From NCBI GenBank assembly GCA_044372565.1, contig JBILRP010000003.1:5471-69470 (forward strand): 64,000 nt of DNA, read 5' to 3'. Shown piece after piece: positions 29,954 to 39,620 of the stretch. Both the position numbers and the translations under genes were made by a program. The notes beneath the pieces were generated by a model that did no database searches, had not been told where the DNA came from, and saw only the letters and a program-made list of their open reading frames with translations. The stretch is from Bacilli bacterium (GTDB lineage Bacteria > Bacillota_I > Bacilli_A > RFN20 > CAG-826). Every line of letters starts with the position of its first letter. Position 1 is the stretch's first letter.

Positions 29954-30799
29954 TTATTGAATCCATGTGGTCAATAAGTAAATTCCATATAATCCAATGA
30001 AATGAAGTGGATAGTAAGCATAACTAAATAATTGAAACCAGCTAGGTGGGTTGCCCTTGTCACCTCGATAATAATAAATGAAGTAACTGGCAAACAGCGC
30101 ATAGGTTTGAGCTCCGACAAAGCGGGTTAGATAGTTTGCTAATAAATCACCACTTGGCATTCCTTGACTTACTAGTAACTCCATTATATACCAAACCACA
30201 TGCATCATTATTAATGCAACACTGGTTAAAACATAGTTATGTTCAGCACCATGATTCAACCGTAAGAGCGTCGTCAATTTTTGCTGAATTCCTTTTGAAT
30301 AAGTAAAGAAGAAGACCAACATCATGATTAGTCCATAAAGACCATAATCTGCTCTTAAAAAGTTAGGTACGCTTGACTCAAAACTTGTCCATATGACATA
30401 GGAAATGGGTAAGAATCCAAGCGGCTTGATTAACCATGATTTTTCTTTCAATAAAATCATCGCCAAGGCGGCCAAGGATAAGTCGACAAATATGTTTCCT
30501 GCCAAAGCATTGATGTTTATTTGTTCTAAGACAAACATCGATAGACCAATCAACAATGCCATCGCAAAAAGTTTTGAAAAGTAACGGTAACGATGTTTGG
30601 TTCGATAAATTCCTTCAGCAATCATAAACGCAAACAAAGGAAATGCAAGTCTACCAATTAATCTAGAAATAATATATAACGTATCCATCGTGTTGTTATT
30701 CGTGTAAGGATTAAGAACCAGCACGCCAAAATGATCGATGGTCATCGTGATTAAAGCAATCCATTTTAATTGATAAGCAGTGAAATTTCTTCTCATCAT
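29954..30799 (-). CDS. TraX-family polytopic membrane protein
   Basis: LKWIALITMTIDHFG resembles the conserved TraX N-terminal motif (..IAM.ID HIG); 281 aa with about 8 TM helices. Confidence 0.6.
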   Translation of the reverse strand: MMRRNFTAYQLKWIALITMTIDHFGVLVLNPYTNNNTMDTLYIISRLIGRLAFPLFAFMIAEGIYRTKHRYRYFSKLFAMALLIGLSMFVLEQININALAGNIFVDLSLAALAMILLKEKSWLIKPLGFLPISYVIWTSFESSVPNFLRADYGLYGLIMMLVFFFTYSKGIQQKLTTLLRLNHGAEHNYVLTSVALIMMHVVWYIMELLVSQGMPSGDLLANYLTRFVGAQTYALFASYFIYYYRGDKGNPPSWFQLFSYAYYPLHFIGLYGIYLLTTWIQ

Positions 30800-30801
30800 G
30801 G

Positions 30802-31560
30802 TTAAAGACTGGAACTCAATTCAGGGGATATTAGAATACTCATGACAGACAAAAGGTTATTAAAGATATGCGTTGCCATGGCCACCTGAAGTCCGAAGCG
30901 ATCGTAGAGAAAACAAAACCAAGCTCCCGCGACTAAATAGATAGGTAAATTGAATAACTCATTGGTTAAATTCGTCGCGGTAAAATCAAAATGGATGAAT
31001 CCAAAAATAGTCAATGTCGCAAGATAGGCAACCCATTTGTTTCGTCCTTTTAAATACTGAAACAATCCTAAGCGATAAGTCCATTCTTCCACGATGGGGC
31101 CAAGAAACCCAAACGTAATTAATGAAATGATGGGAGAATCTTTGACGAGCCTCACGATGGCGGCTTGATTTTGGTTATCTTCCAGTTGAATGCCTAAGGC
31201 ATCATAAAGAGTTACCAAACCAAATGATGTGAAAAGGATTGCAAAGGTAAAAGGCAAACCTAACCACCATTGTCCTGAAAATAACGCAGGAATGAAGGTG
31301 GTTCGTAAATAAGGCCAAATTAAGATAATACCGATCATGAACAAGGTTACATAGGTCAGTGAATTTATATAACTAAAAAATAGATCACTATTTAAGAAAA
31401 TGTCAGTTTCTTCAAGGGGTAGAATAAAAGGGACGATGAATCCAAAAAGAGCACTAAAAAAAATAGCGAAAACAATTAGCCCAATCCAACCCAAAAAAAA
31501 CAACAATAATTGCTTGTTTTTATCGATTTGAAAGGGTTGTCGTTGTATATCCAAATTCAT
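30802..31560 (-). CDS. CPBP-family intramembrane glutamic endopeptidase (CAAX protease/Abi-like)
   Basis: Motifs EEWTYRLG (EExxxR), FGFIHF (FxxxH), HIFNN (HxxxN); start set at the ATG of MNLDIQ... (the longer ORF to 31668 would overlap the divergent giant gene). Confidence 0.7.
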   Translation of the reverse strand: MNLDIQRQPFQIDKNKQLLLFFLGWIGLIVFAIFFSALFGFIVPFILPLEETDIFLNSDLFFSYINSLTYVTLFMIGIILIWPYLRTTFIPALFSGQWWLGLPFTFAILFTSFGLVTLYDALGIQLEDNQNQAAIVRLVKDSPIISLITFGFLGPIVEEWTYRLGLFQYLKGRNKWVAYLATLTIFGFIHFDFTATNLTNELFNLPIYLVAGAWFCFLYDRFGLQVAMATHIFNNLLSVMSILISPELSSSL

Positions 31561-31580
31561 GTATAAATATATGTTTTTAT

Positions 31581-31603
31581 TATGATAGCATATCAATATC
31601 ATA
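31581..31603. promoter_or_regulatory. inverted repeat TATGATA-n9-TATCATA in the divergent intergenic region (candidate operator)
   Basis: Seen directly between the CPBP protease start and the giant gene's RBS. Confidence 0.3.
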
Positions 31604-31639
31604 TAAAATGATAGATGAAACCCCATTAGGAGGTTATCA

Positions 31640-34600
31640 ATGTTAACAACGTTAGGTTTTGGAATCAATCCAACACAAATTGCCCAATATTTAGATTACG
31701 CATTGTATGGCATTTTCGGCATGGTCGCTTTAGGGTTTGTTTTTGGTTTCATTCGTGGGGTTTGGAGAGAAGGATTTCGCTTAATATTTGTTGGTGGATT
31801 GGTGGTCTTTTCTGTCTTATTCACCCGTCAGTTGGTCGATCTCTTCATGGATTTTGATGTTTCCTCGCTAGCTGCAAGCGCAGGATTTGCTTCCATTTCC
31901 TTAAACATAAATGCATCCCCAATCATTGTCTCGGTGACGACCCCATACGAAACAATTTATAATTTACTTGAACAATCCTTACTCGCTTTTGGCTTCTTTA
32001 TTACCCCCGCGATTTCTGACTTGGTCATTGGATTAACCCTAGTCATCTTAAGATATGTGCTCTTTATCGTCTTAGCAATCATCATCTTTTTATTGGGTGA
32101 ATCCGTCGCTGCGATTTTATACTTTCTCCCTTTTCGGTTTTTTATTCCCCGTCATTTTCGGAAAAAAGTTAAGTTGCGATTACTTGGTGGCGCTGCTGGG
32201 GCCTTGAAAATGGTGCTTGTCTTAACGATGTTTTTATCACCCTTTACATCCTTAATCAATTCTGTAACAACATCGTTTAGAGACTTCGATGAGCAATATG
32301 GTGACCAAATTGATGCCGAGCTTTATGACGAAATCATGTCGTTTGTTGACACATATAATGATTCAACGTTTGCCCAAACACTTTTTTCTTGGTCATTAAC
32401 TGATGATGGGTTGAGTATTGATTCTGCGTTGATGGATTTTGTTTCCGGTGAGGATTTAGATGCCTATCGATTGACGCTAGCAAATGAATTGGGATCGGTG
32501 GTTGATATTGCTGCGACCTTGTTAGGAAGTGGTGCTATAGACAGTACCTTTACCACCATTGACACATCGTTATTACTTTCAGAAGATTTAGTGACCAATC
32601 TAATCACCTCATTAACTGGGTCGGTTTTAATCATGAAGATTTTACCCATTGCCGTAACAATAGGATTAAATCTTGATGAAGTCTCCAGTTACTTAGATCC
32701 TTCATTAATTGATCTTGATGATTTAGTTTGGGAAGATGAACTTGGCTATCTAGGTGATATTTTTAATGGAGTGATTCGCTCTGGCATATTAACGCCGATT
32801 CTAAATGGTAATACCGATACTGCGTTTTTAATTGATACGATTTTCTCACCAACATCACAACCAGAAATCAATCAAATTTTAGAAACGATTGACGAGTCGC
32901 CTTTTCTATCTCAAGTAATTCCTGCTGTATTGTTCAAGCTTGTAGAAGATGAACTTGCTGCCGGTGGTCCAGTCGGTGGCGTTGGGCTATCTACATTCTT
33001 ACCAACGGAATGGGAAGAATACGAAACCATTCAGTTTGGATCAGAATTAAGTTTAATTTATGACTTGGTGTATGAATTAACATCGGAAGTGGATGGACTA
33101 TTTGACCTCCTTCTTCCAGCTCAAGATTCTCCACAGCCTCTGGGTCGTAAACAAGTGGATGAACCAGCAACCCCATCCATTATTGATTTATTAAGTGAGC
33201 ATTTAGATTTGTTTGTTGAAGTTTTAATCGGTGAAGTCAATACTGTTGGTGAACCAATCAATAACAATCCAACCACAGGTAAATCCATCAATCGCCAATC
33301 GTTGTTAGATTCTGATTTGATCATGAATGCGCTTCCTGCAATTGTGGAAAATTTATTATTACCAACTTTAACCAGTGTTGCCGGAGAAAGCTTTGATGAT
33401 ACGAGTTTAAATCAATTAATTGAAGATTTTAACAGCGGAAATTTAGGAGATGTTCGACTTGATTATAAAGGTGAATTCGGTGGGATTTTTAGTATTCTCG
33501 ACGCTGTCATTAGCAATGAAACGTTGATTGGTTTGCTTGAACCTGAACCAGGTGAGACGCTAGACATTTTAGGCTTAATCGAAGATGGTGAATTTCGCAA
33601 AGGATTAAAAACTGATTTGATTCCTGCGCTTGATCGATCCCAAATCATTTTTGCTGTCGTTCCAGGCATTTTAGAATCAACACTCACGGGTGCAGGATTA
33701 GATGATTTCCTCGGATTACTTTCCCTTACCAGTGCCGATTTGAATTTTGAATTTACAAGCTTATCTAGAGAGTTGATTATTGTCATCGATATGTTAGGTT
33801 ATGCCTTTAATGTGATTGACGCAAGTAGTGATTTATTGAATCAATTCCCGACCATCGCGTATGACCTTATTGGCTTATTGGACAACATTTACTTGTCTGA
33901 TATCATCAACAAAAATCCAATCACGAATAACAAAACCACGAATTATAATCAAATGATCAAAGGGATTTTCACCCTTGTTGAAGGTATCGGCATTGATGAA
34001 GACGACATCGATGTTGGCTTTAATCAGATTGTTCCAGTTGGGCAAGAAAATGGATGGACAACAACCTTTGTTGACACCAACAACAATGACAAACTTGATG
34101 CGCTTGACACGGTATCCTATGCCGGGGAAAATTATCACCTAGTCAACTTTTTAAAGACCGCTTTAGAATCTGGATTATTGGATATTTCTGGGGATATCTT
34201 TGCCGCCCTTGATGACTTAACTACGGGCAGTGAAGATATTGATGATCCTAACGTGGCAACCCTATATAAAATATTTGCCTATGCCGATCGCTCTGAGATT
34301 ATTGCCGCTTCCTTTGGGGGTATTCTTGATAGTTTGTTTGGGGCAACAGGTGGATTGCTGGATGCAGATTTAGGAACCTCATTTAGAAATGTGACGTCTT
34401 GGACAGAAGAAGGCTCTAATTTGATGTACTTAGTCAAACAGTTGACTAATTTTGCTGATGGTTTAGAGAACATTGATTTCCTCAATTCAGATGTATCGAT
34501 GATTGAAGAACTTTTACAAGGATTAGCTGCATCACAAATCTTTATCAAACCTAACGGAGACTATGTTTTTCCAGATTTCTTGTTAGACCAACTTACCGGT

Positions 34601-37600
34601 ATTGCCGATCTTGCAACCTATTTTGAAGATCCTTCTCCTTATCAATCGACTTGGGATGACAATCCTGCAGATAATTTTAATATTGTTACTGAAGATTTTT
34701 ACGCCATCAGTAATCAAGTGTCAACCCGAGCCAATTGGTATGGTGTGAAAACGATGATGACCGATGGAGATGGTGATCCGATTCTTAATGTGAATGGAGA
34801 TTTCCAATATGAATTTGTTGGTGGTGAATTAGAAAATATTGTTGGATTTATCTCAGAATTACAATCCGTTTCGATTGCTGATCTGACTTCTGGTATTGGA
34901 TTAAGCGGTGAAACAATTTCTGATGTCTTGCTCGCACTTAATAATGCATCCTCATTACGGGTGCTTGTGTATAACGTCTATGATTCAATCTTTGGTGGTT
35001 CGAATTTCGATATAGGTTCATTGTCTTTATCAGATACAAATACCTTTGTATTCTTAGAATTAAATCAAGCTGGTCGAGCCCAACAAATTCAAGCAACCGC
35101 AGATTTGTTAGATACGATTAGCGACATGGGACTTGATGGCGGTGGTTCATTTGACATTGCTGGTTTTGATGAATCTACCATTCTTGTCGTGGGTGACTTA
35201 TTGACCATTCTTCATGATGCAGCTTTATTTAACTCGTTCAAATTAGGTCGTTCTCGTCTTAATGGTGACTTAACCGTCTTTGAACAAGCCTATCAATTTT
35301 TATTGACGACGGCAACGTTGGATACCTTTATTTATGACGGACTGAATGAGGCGCAAAGAGAGGTCGCACTATATCAGGATATGACATCTCTCGATAATAG
35401 TTTTGGAACCAATACACCCGACGATTGGGATGGACTCGATGGCGAAATTCAACGCTTTGTGGATATCATGGTGTCGTTTGTTAACACTGGTATCGACTTC
35501 ACGAACTTTGGTGGCGATGCGATTGGTGATTTATTGAATACAGAAGTTGGTTTGGGTAAAGTGGAAGATCTATTGCTTTCCATGAATGAATCGATAATTA
35601 TTTCACCGGCCATTGGCAACTTGTTTGGCAATGTATTTGGCTCAGATGCCTTTGATATCGGCGGCCTAACCATGAGTGATGCCAACACCAATTACTTCAA
35701 CCAACAACCACTCAAATCAGTGCGAGCAACAGAAATTAGTTTAATTCTCGATATTTATTGGGATATTAACAATATCGGTATCACCGGTGGTGCTGCTTTT
35801 TCCGCCGATCTTATTGACCCAGTGTTGTTTGATGCCTTGCTCAACAAAATGCATGATTCCAAAGTCTTTAATTCATTTAAAACTGGAAATAGTTATGTAT
35901 TGGATGATTTAACCATCTTTGAACAAACCGTGAGAATGATCTTAAATTCATCTACCCTTGATACGTTTATCTATGATGAACCGATTAGTGCGAATCGACT
36001 GCTTTTACTTCAAGATGACATTGCTGCCTTAAATAATAATTTTGGGATTGGATTAGTCGATGATGATTGGACTGGTGTCAATGGTGAAATCAATAACATT
36101 ATTGGGATTCTTGAGTCCTTTAAAGAAACCGATATCGATTTCACGAACTTTGGTGGGGATGCGATTGGCGACTTATTGAATACAGAAGTTGGTTTGAATA
36201 AAGTTGAAAATTTATTATTATCGATGAATGATTCAACGTTAGTTGCTCCTTCCATTGGTAACCTTTTTGGTAACATCTTTGATTCTGACTCATTCAACAT
36301 CAATGGCTTAACGATGAGTGATGCTAATACGCCTTTCTTTAACGAAGAAGCCAATCGTGAAACACGAGGAGTGGAAATTAGTTTAATCTTAGATATTTAC
36401 ACGGACATCAATTCAATTGGCTTGTCTGGTGGCGCTGCTTTTTCATCCGATTTAATCAATCCGATTCTCTTTGATGATCTTCTGACGAAAATGCATTCAT
36501 CGAATGTCTTTAATTCCTTTAAACAAGGAAACAGTTATGTCAGTGAAGATTTAACCATCTTTGAACAAACCGTGAGAATGATTTTAAATACATCCACCAT
36601 TGACACCTTTGTATACGACGGCGAAATTAATTCTGCTCGATTAGGCTTTCTACAAGAGGACATGAGTGTAATGGTCAACAACTTTGGAAATCTCAGTATC
36701 ACCGATGATTGGGCTGGTGAAACAGGCGAAATTTCTAAGATTGTTGCAATCTTATCAGCGTTTAAAAATCTCGATCTTGATTTTAGTTCATTCTCTGGAC
36801 CGGGGTCTTCAGAAAGTTTAGCAAGTTTAATTGATACCCCTGCTGGTTTAACAAAAATTGAAAACTTGCTTTTGGCGATGAACGATTCGCTCATCGTTTA
36901 TCCCGCCATTCCTAATTTATTTTCTAACATGTTAGCCGGTGGGGATTTTTCTTCGATTGGTGTGAATTTCGCGATGGCAAACTTTCGTTATCGTGGGAAT
37001 AGAAATAATCCGATTAGTCCAGTAGTTGATGACATTTATCTTCCTTATGAACCGACAGAAATATCGGCAATTTTATCGATTTTCTCAGACGTGAAAATAG
37101 TGGGTAATCGAAGTTACGGATCGATTAAGGATTTATCTGATGAAGGCATTGATGACATGGCCAACTTGGTCACGGATTTATATGAGTCTCAAGTGTTTCA
37201 CCAAACTGGACCAGCGACGGCATTGGGCACAGATTTAACCATCTTTGAACAAATGATGGCGAAGATGTTTAAAGACACCGGAATGGCTGCGCTTGCTTAT
37301 GATGCCAATCGTTTGGCGGATGCGCCGTTTGGTAATGCCAATGCCAAAGCGAACCACTTGGTGTTAAACTTCTCCACATTATTCCCTGTCAACAACACCA
37401 CGCATTTAACCGATGGGTGGTTGAATGATGGGGCTCAAGTTGGGGAAATAACAGCCTTCTTTAGAATTTTTAAAGAATTTAAAGTTGCTTTGCCAAATCT
37501 AGAAAGCGCATCCTCGATTGATCCAGGCGCATTATCACCCACGTCAATTGGGCGAATCATGGCGGCCTTAAATTATTCATCCTTAACCTCCGATGCCGTT

Positions 37601-38857
37601 AAAAAGATGGTTCAAGACGCCTTTGAAAGTATTGAGTTTGGTACCTACACAGAAGATAACGAAACCTATGAATTGACCCCAGTTGAGTTTTTACTTGAAG
37701 ATATCGATGTGATGGATTATAACGTCCTCCCTGGAACTGCCACCCGAGTTGGGTTGATTCGCGGTTTATTGGTTGGTTTTTACGATGAAGGGGATGAAGC
37801 ATACATTTCCATTAGTGGCGGCTTTAATGTCACAAGTTTCTTAAATGATGGAGGATCTCTCTTCCCCTTGGTTAATTTGCTCTCAAAATCAAACATATTT
37901 GGTAATCATGCAACCAATATTCTTAACCCATCTGCAAGTCAAACAGGACTGACTCCTTTTAATGTCACGACCCCAGGTAGTTTTAAAACCCGGGCCCTCA
38001 CATTCTATAATTTTTTAAATACAGCGAATGTTGGAAAGTATTTTAATTATCTAACCACCTTACCAACTGATAAAGAAGCCAAAGTGATTCGGGTTGAAAA
38101 TATTTTTGCTGGCGATTTTGATGAACCATTTGAAGCCAATCGATTAGACTCATTTATTGCGACGATTTCTGGATTTACTAATGTTTCTAATGCAGCCAAC
38201 CTCGATGAATTTAGCGCGGAAATGCGTGCGTTAATTGAATTAACGTATACGGCAACCGGTCACACGATTACCGATCGCGCCTTCATGGTTTCTGAGTTAT
38301 CGGCAGGATTCTTTACTGATATTTTTAAGAATGAATATGTTTTGGTTGAAGATACTGAAGCTCCATACTTTGGTGACGCCAGTAATCCTTTAAAACAATT
38401 AAATTTCTATGATGCTAATTTTGATTTAACCAATGATTTCCAACTCTTAAATCCAATTGAGGCAGATGGCTTTGAAGGGGCTTTGGAATTTTTATCAGCG
38501 ATTAAAGGAATTTCAAACCCACCAAGTTCAACCGATGTGACTGCCATGGAATCAGCCTTGATAAAGATGGGTTCACGAGCCAACCTCCTTGTTCCTGGAG
38601 GGCCTTACCCTACTGCGACTGACTTCACGACTTGGTCTGATGCAAAAATTAGTCAAATTGCTCAGTTATTTTACGGTGCTAGAATTGTGACTAATACAGG
38701 TTTTGACGGTTTGTCGGCGTTGATTGTCACCGTGACGACCCCAAACCCATTTACCAATCCAAGCGGCATTCTAACTATTCTAAGTCAACAACCATATGAA
38801 GATGATTTTGTCTTTGAAATTGAGGCGGAAAAAATCTCTTACGCTTTTGGTGCCTAA
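31640..38857 (+). CDS. giant (2405 aa) membrane-anchored acidic repeat protein: N-terminal CvpA-like 5-TM domain plus a very long Cys-free, D/E/L/T-rich body with tandem ~214-aa repeats
   Basis: Uninterrupted 7.2-kb ORF with a strong AGGAGG RBS 7 nt upstream. N-terminus FGFIRGVWREGFRLIFVGGL resembles the CvpA (colicin V production) family. No cysteine found in the translation. All antisense ORFs inside are short. Confidence 0.8.
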   Translation: MLTTLGFGINPTQIAQYLDYALYGIFGMVALGFVFGFIRGVWREGFRLIFVGGLVVFSVLFTRQLVDLFMDFDVSSLAASAGFASISLNINASPIIVSVTTPYETIYNLLEQSLLAFGFFITPAISDLVIGLTLVILRYVLFIVLAIIIFLLGESVAAILYFLPFRFFIPRHFRKKVKLRLLGGAAGALKMVLVLTMFLSPFTSLINSVTTSFRDFDEQYGDQIDAELYDEIMSFVDTYNDSTFAQTLFSWSLTDDGLSIDSALMDFVSGEDLDAYRLTLANELGSVVDIAATLLGSGAIDSTFTTIDTSLLLSEDLVTNLITSLTGSVLIMKILPIAVTIGLNLDEVSSYLDPSLIDLDDLVWEDELGYLGDIFNGVIRSGILTPILNGNTDTAFLIDTIFSPTSQPEINQILETIDESPFLSQVIPAVLFKLVEDELAAGGPVGGVGLSTFLPTEWEEYETIQFGSELSLIYDLVYELTSEVDGLFDLLLPAQDSPQPLGRKQVDEPATPSIIDLLSEHLDLFVEVLIGEVNTVGEPINNNPTTGKSINRQSLLDSDLIMNALPAIVENLLLPTLTSVAGESFDDTSLNQLIEDFNSGNLGDVRLDYKGEFGGIFSILDAVISNETLIGLLEPEPGETLDILGLIEDGEFRKGLKTDLIPALDRSQIIFAVVPGILESTLTGAGLDDFLGLLSLTSADLNFEFTSLSRELIIVIDMLGYAFNVIDASSDLLNQFPTIAYDLIGLLDNIYLSDIINKNPITNNKTTNYNQMIKGIFTLVEGIGIDEDDIDVGFNQIVPVGQENGWTTTFVDTNNNDKLDALDTVSYAGENYHLVNFLKTALESGLLDISGDIFAALDDLTTGSEDIDDPNVATLYKIFAYADRSEIIAASFGGILDSLFGATGGLLDADLGTSFRNVTSWTEEGSNLMYLVKQLTNFADGLENIDFLNSDVSMIEELLQGLAASQIFIKPNGDYVFPDFLLDQLTGIADLATYFEDPSPYQSTWDDNPADNFNIVTEDFYAISNQVSTRANWYGVKTMMTDGDGDPILNVNGDFQYEFVGGELENIVGFISELQSVSIADLTSGIGLSGETISDVLLALNNASSLRVLVYNVYDSIFGGSNFDIGSLSLSDTNTFVFLELNQAGRAQQIQATADLLDTISDMGLDGGGSFDIAGFDESTILVVGDLLTILHDAALFNSFKLGRSRLNGDLTVFEQAYQFLLTTATLDTFIYDGLNEAQREVALYQDMTSLDNSFGTNTPDDWDGLDGEIQRFVDIMVSFVNTGIDFTNFGGDAIGDLLNTEVGLGKVEDLLLSMNESIIISPAIGNLFGNVFGSDAFDIGGLTMSDANTNYFNQQPLKSVRATEISLILDIYWDINNIGITGGAAFSADLIDPVLFDALLNKMHDSKVFNSFKTGNSYVLDDLTIFEQTVRMILNSSTLDTFIYDEPISANRLLLLQDDIAALNNNFGIGLVDDDWTGVNGEINNIIGILESFKETDIDFTNFGGDAIGDLLNTEVGLNKVENLLLSMNDSTLVAPSIGNLFGNIFDSDSFNINGLTMSDANTPFFNEEANRETRGVEISLILDIYTDINSIGLSGGAAFSSDLINPILFDDLLTKMHSSNVFNSFKQGNSYVSEDLTIFEQTVRMILNTSTIDTFVYDGEINSARLGFLQEDMSVMVNNFGNLSITDDWAGETGEISKIVAILSAFKNLDLDFSSFSGPGSSESLASLIDTPAGLTKIENLLLAMNDSLIVYPAIPNLFSNMLAGGDFSSIGVNFAMANFRYRGNRNNPISPVVDDIYLPYEPTEISAILSIFSDVKIVGNRSYGSIKDLSDEGIDDMANLVTDLYESQVFHQTGPATALGTDLTIFEQMMAKMFKDTGMAALAYDANRLADAPFGNANAKANHLVLNFSTLFPVNNTTHLTDGWLNDGAQVGEITAFFRIFKEFKVALPNLESASSIDPGALSPTSIGRIMAALNYSSLTSDAVKKMVQDAFESIEFGTYTEDNETYELTPVEFLLEDIDVMDYNVLPGTATRVGLIRGLLVGFYDEGDEAYISISGGFNVTSFLNDGGSLFPLVNLLSKSNIFGNHATNILNPSASQTGLTPFNVTTPGSFKTRALTFYNFLNTANVGKYFNYLTTLPTDKEAKVIRVENIFAGDFDEPFEANRLDSFIATISGFTNVSNAANLDEFSAEMRALIELTYTATGHTITDRAFMVSELSAGFFTDIFKNEYVLVEDTEAPYFGDASNPLKQLNFYDANFDLTNDFQLLNPIEADGFEGALEFLSAIKGISNPPSSTDVTAMESALIKMGSRANLLVPGGPYPTATDFTTWSDAKISQIAQLFYGARIVTNTGFDGLSALIVTVTTPNPFTNPSGILTILSQQPYEDDFVFEIEAEKISYAFGA
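34980..37510 (+). repeat. in-frame tandem repeat array (about 4 units of ~642 nt / 214 aa) inside the giant gene
   Basis: Recurring protein blocks: FTNFGGDAIGDLLNTEVGL, GLTMSDANT, EISLILDIY, NSFK.GNSYV, DLTIFEQTVRMILN.ST.DTF.YD. Unit phase is 642 nt (35495 vs 36137). Units 2 and 3 share DNA stretches identical over 30 nt (35911-35942 vs 36551-36582) and a nearly identical ~60-nt stretch (35495- vs 36137-). Confidence 0.75.
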
Positions 38858-38862
38858 AGGCG

Positions 38863-39618
38863 ATGAAAACCTTTGAAGTTAATCCGCGCTCAACCTTGAA
38901 AAAAACGATTGCGATCATGTCTAGTAAAGGTGGAGTTGGCAAAAGCACAGTCACTGCTTTAATTGCAATCCATTTGACTCGACTAGGAAAAAGAGTTGGC
39001 ATTTTAGATGCCGATATCATTGGCCCAACCATCTCAAAGTTATTTGCCATCACAGATAAAATCGTTGGCCAAGATGGTTTGATCTTACCGGTGGTCACCT
39101 CATTAGGGATTAAGTTAATCTCTTCACAGCTTTTATTATCAACACAAGATGAACCAATTGTTTGGCGTTCTCCACTCGTCCTTGATTTGATTCGGCAATT
39201 TTATGTCGATGTGATTTGGGGAGAACTCGACTATTTATTGATTGATTTACCACCTGGAACAGGGGATGTCGCAATGACGGTGTTAGAAAGTCTTCATGTC
39301 GATGAAATCATCATGGTGACCACCCCACAAGAAATTGTTCAAAGTATTGTCAGTAAAGGCATCCAAATGGCCGATATTGTCAAAAAACCAATCAAAGGCA
39401 TCATCGAAAACTACAGTTATTTTGTCTGTGATCAATGTGATAAGAAGCATTCATTTTTTCAAACATCATCACACATGCCAATCTGGGAAAAATATAAGAT
39501 TCCTCTGTTGGCAACATTACCCCTGCAATCAGATTTACCTAGTTTGATTGATAATGGTAAAATTGAACAAGTATCAATGATTGACATTGAAGCAATGCTT
39601 CAACATTGGAAGGATTGA
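38863..39618 (+). CDS. Mrp/ApbC/NBP35-family P-loop ATPase (Fe-S cluster carrier-like)
   Basis: IAIMSSKGGVGKST deviant Walker A; conserved CxxC (CDQC); begins 6 nt after the giant gene's stop. Confidence 0.85.
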   Translation: MKTFEVNPRSTLKKTIAIMSSKGGVGKSTVTALIAIHLTRLGKRVGILDADIIGPTISKLFAITDKIVGQDGLILPVVTSLGIKLISSQLLLSTQDEPIVWRSPLVLDLIRQFYVDVIWGELDYLLIDLPPGTGDVAMTVLESLHVDEIIMVTTPQEIVQSIVSKGIQMADIVKKPIKGIIENYSYFVCDQCDKKHSFFQTSSHMPIWEKYKIPLLATLPLQSDLPSLIDNGKIEQVSMIDIEAMLQHWKD

Positions 39619-39620
39619 TT

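Noticed and set aside
34980-37510. CRISPR array or other non-coding repeat
   Set aside because: The periodic sequence is 642 nt, in-frame and translates into conserved protein repeats. There are no short direct repeats with unique spacers and no cas genes in the window.
32464-38000. Multiple 60-120-aa antisense ORFs inside the giant gene (e.g. 32464-32649, 33463-33786, 34279-34548, 36010-36354, 36535-36894, all on the minus strand)
   Set aside because: They lie entirely within a 7.2-kb uninterrupted sense ORF that has a strong RBS. They are rich in Ser/Pro/Lys as expected from the antisense of an acidic, AT-biased gene, and have no RBS or motifs. They are out-of-frame artefacts.
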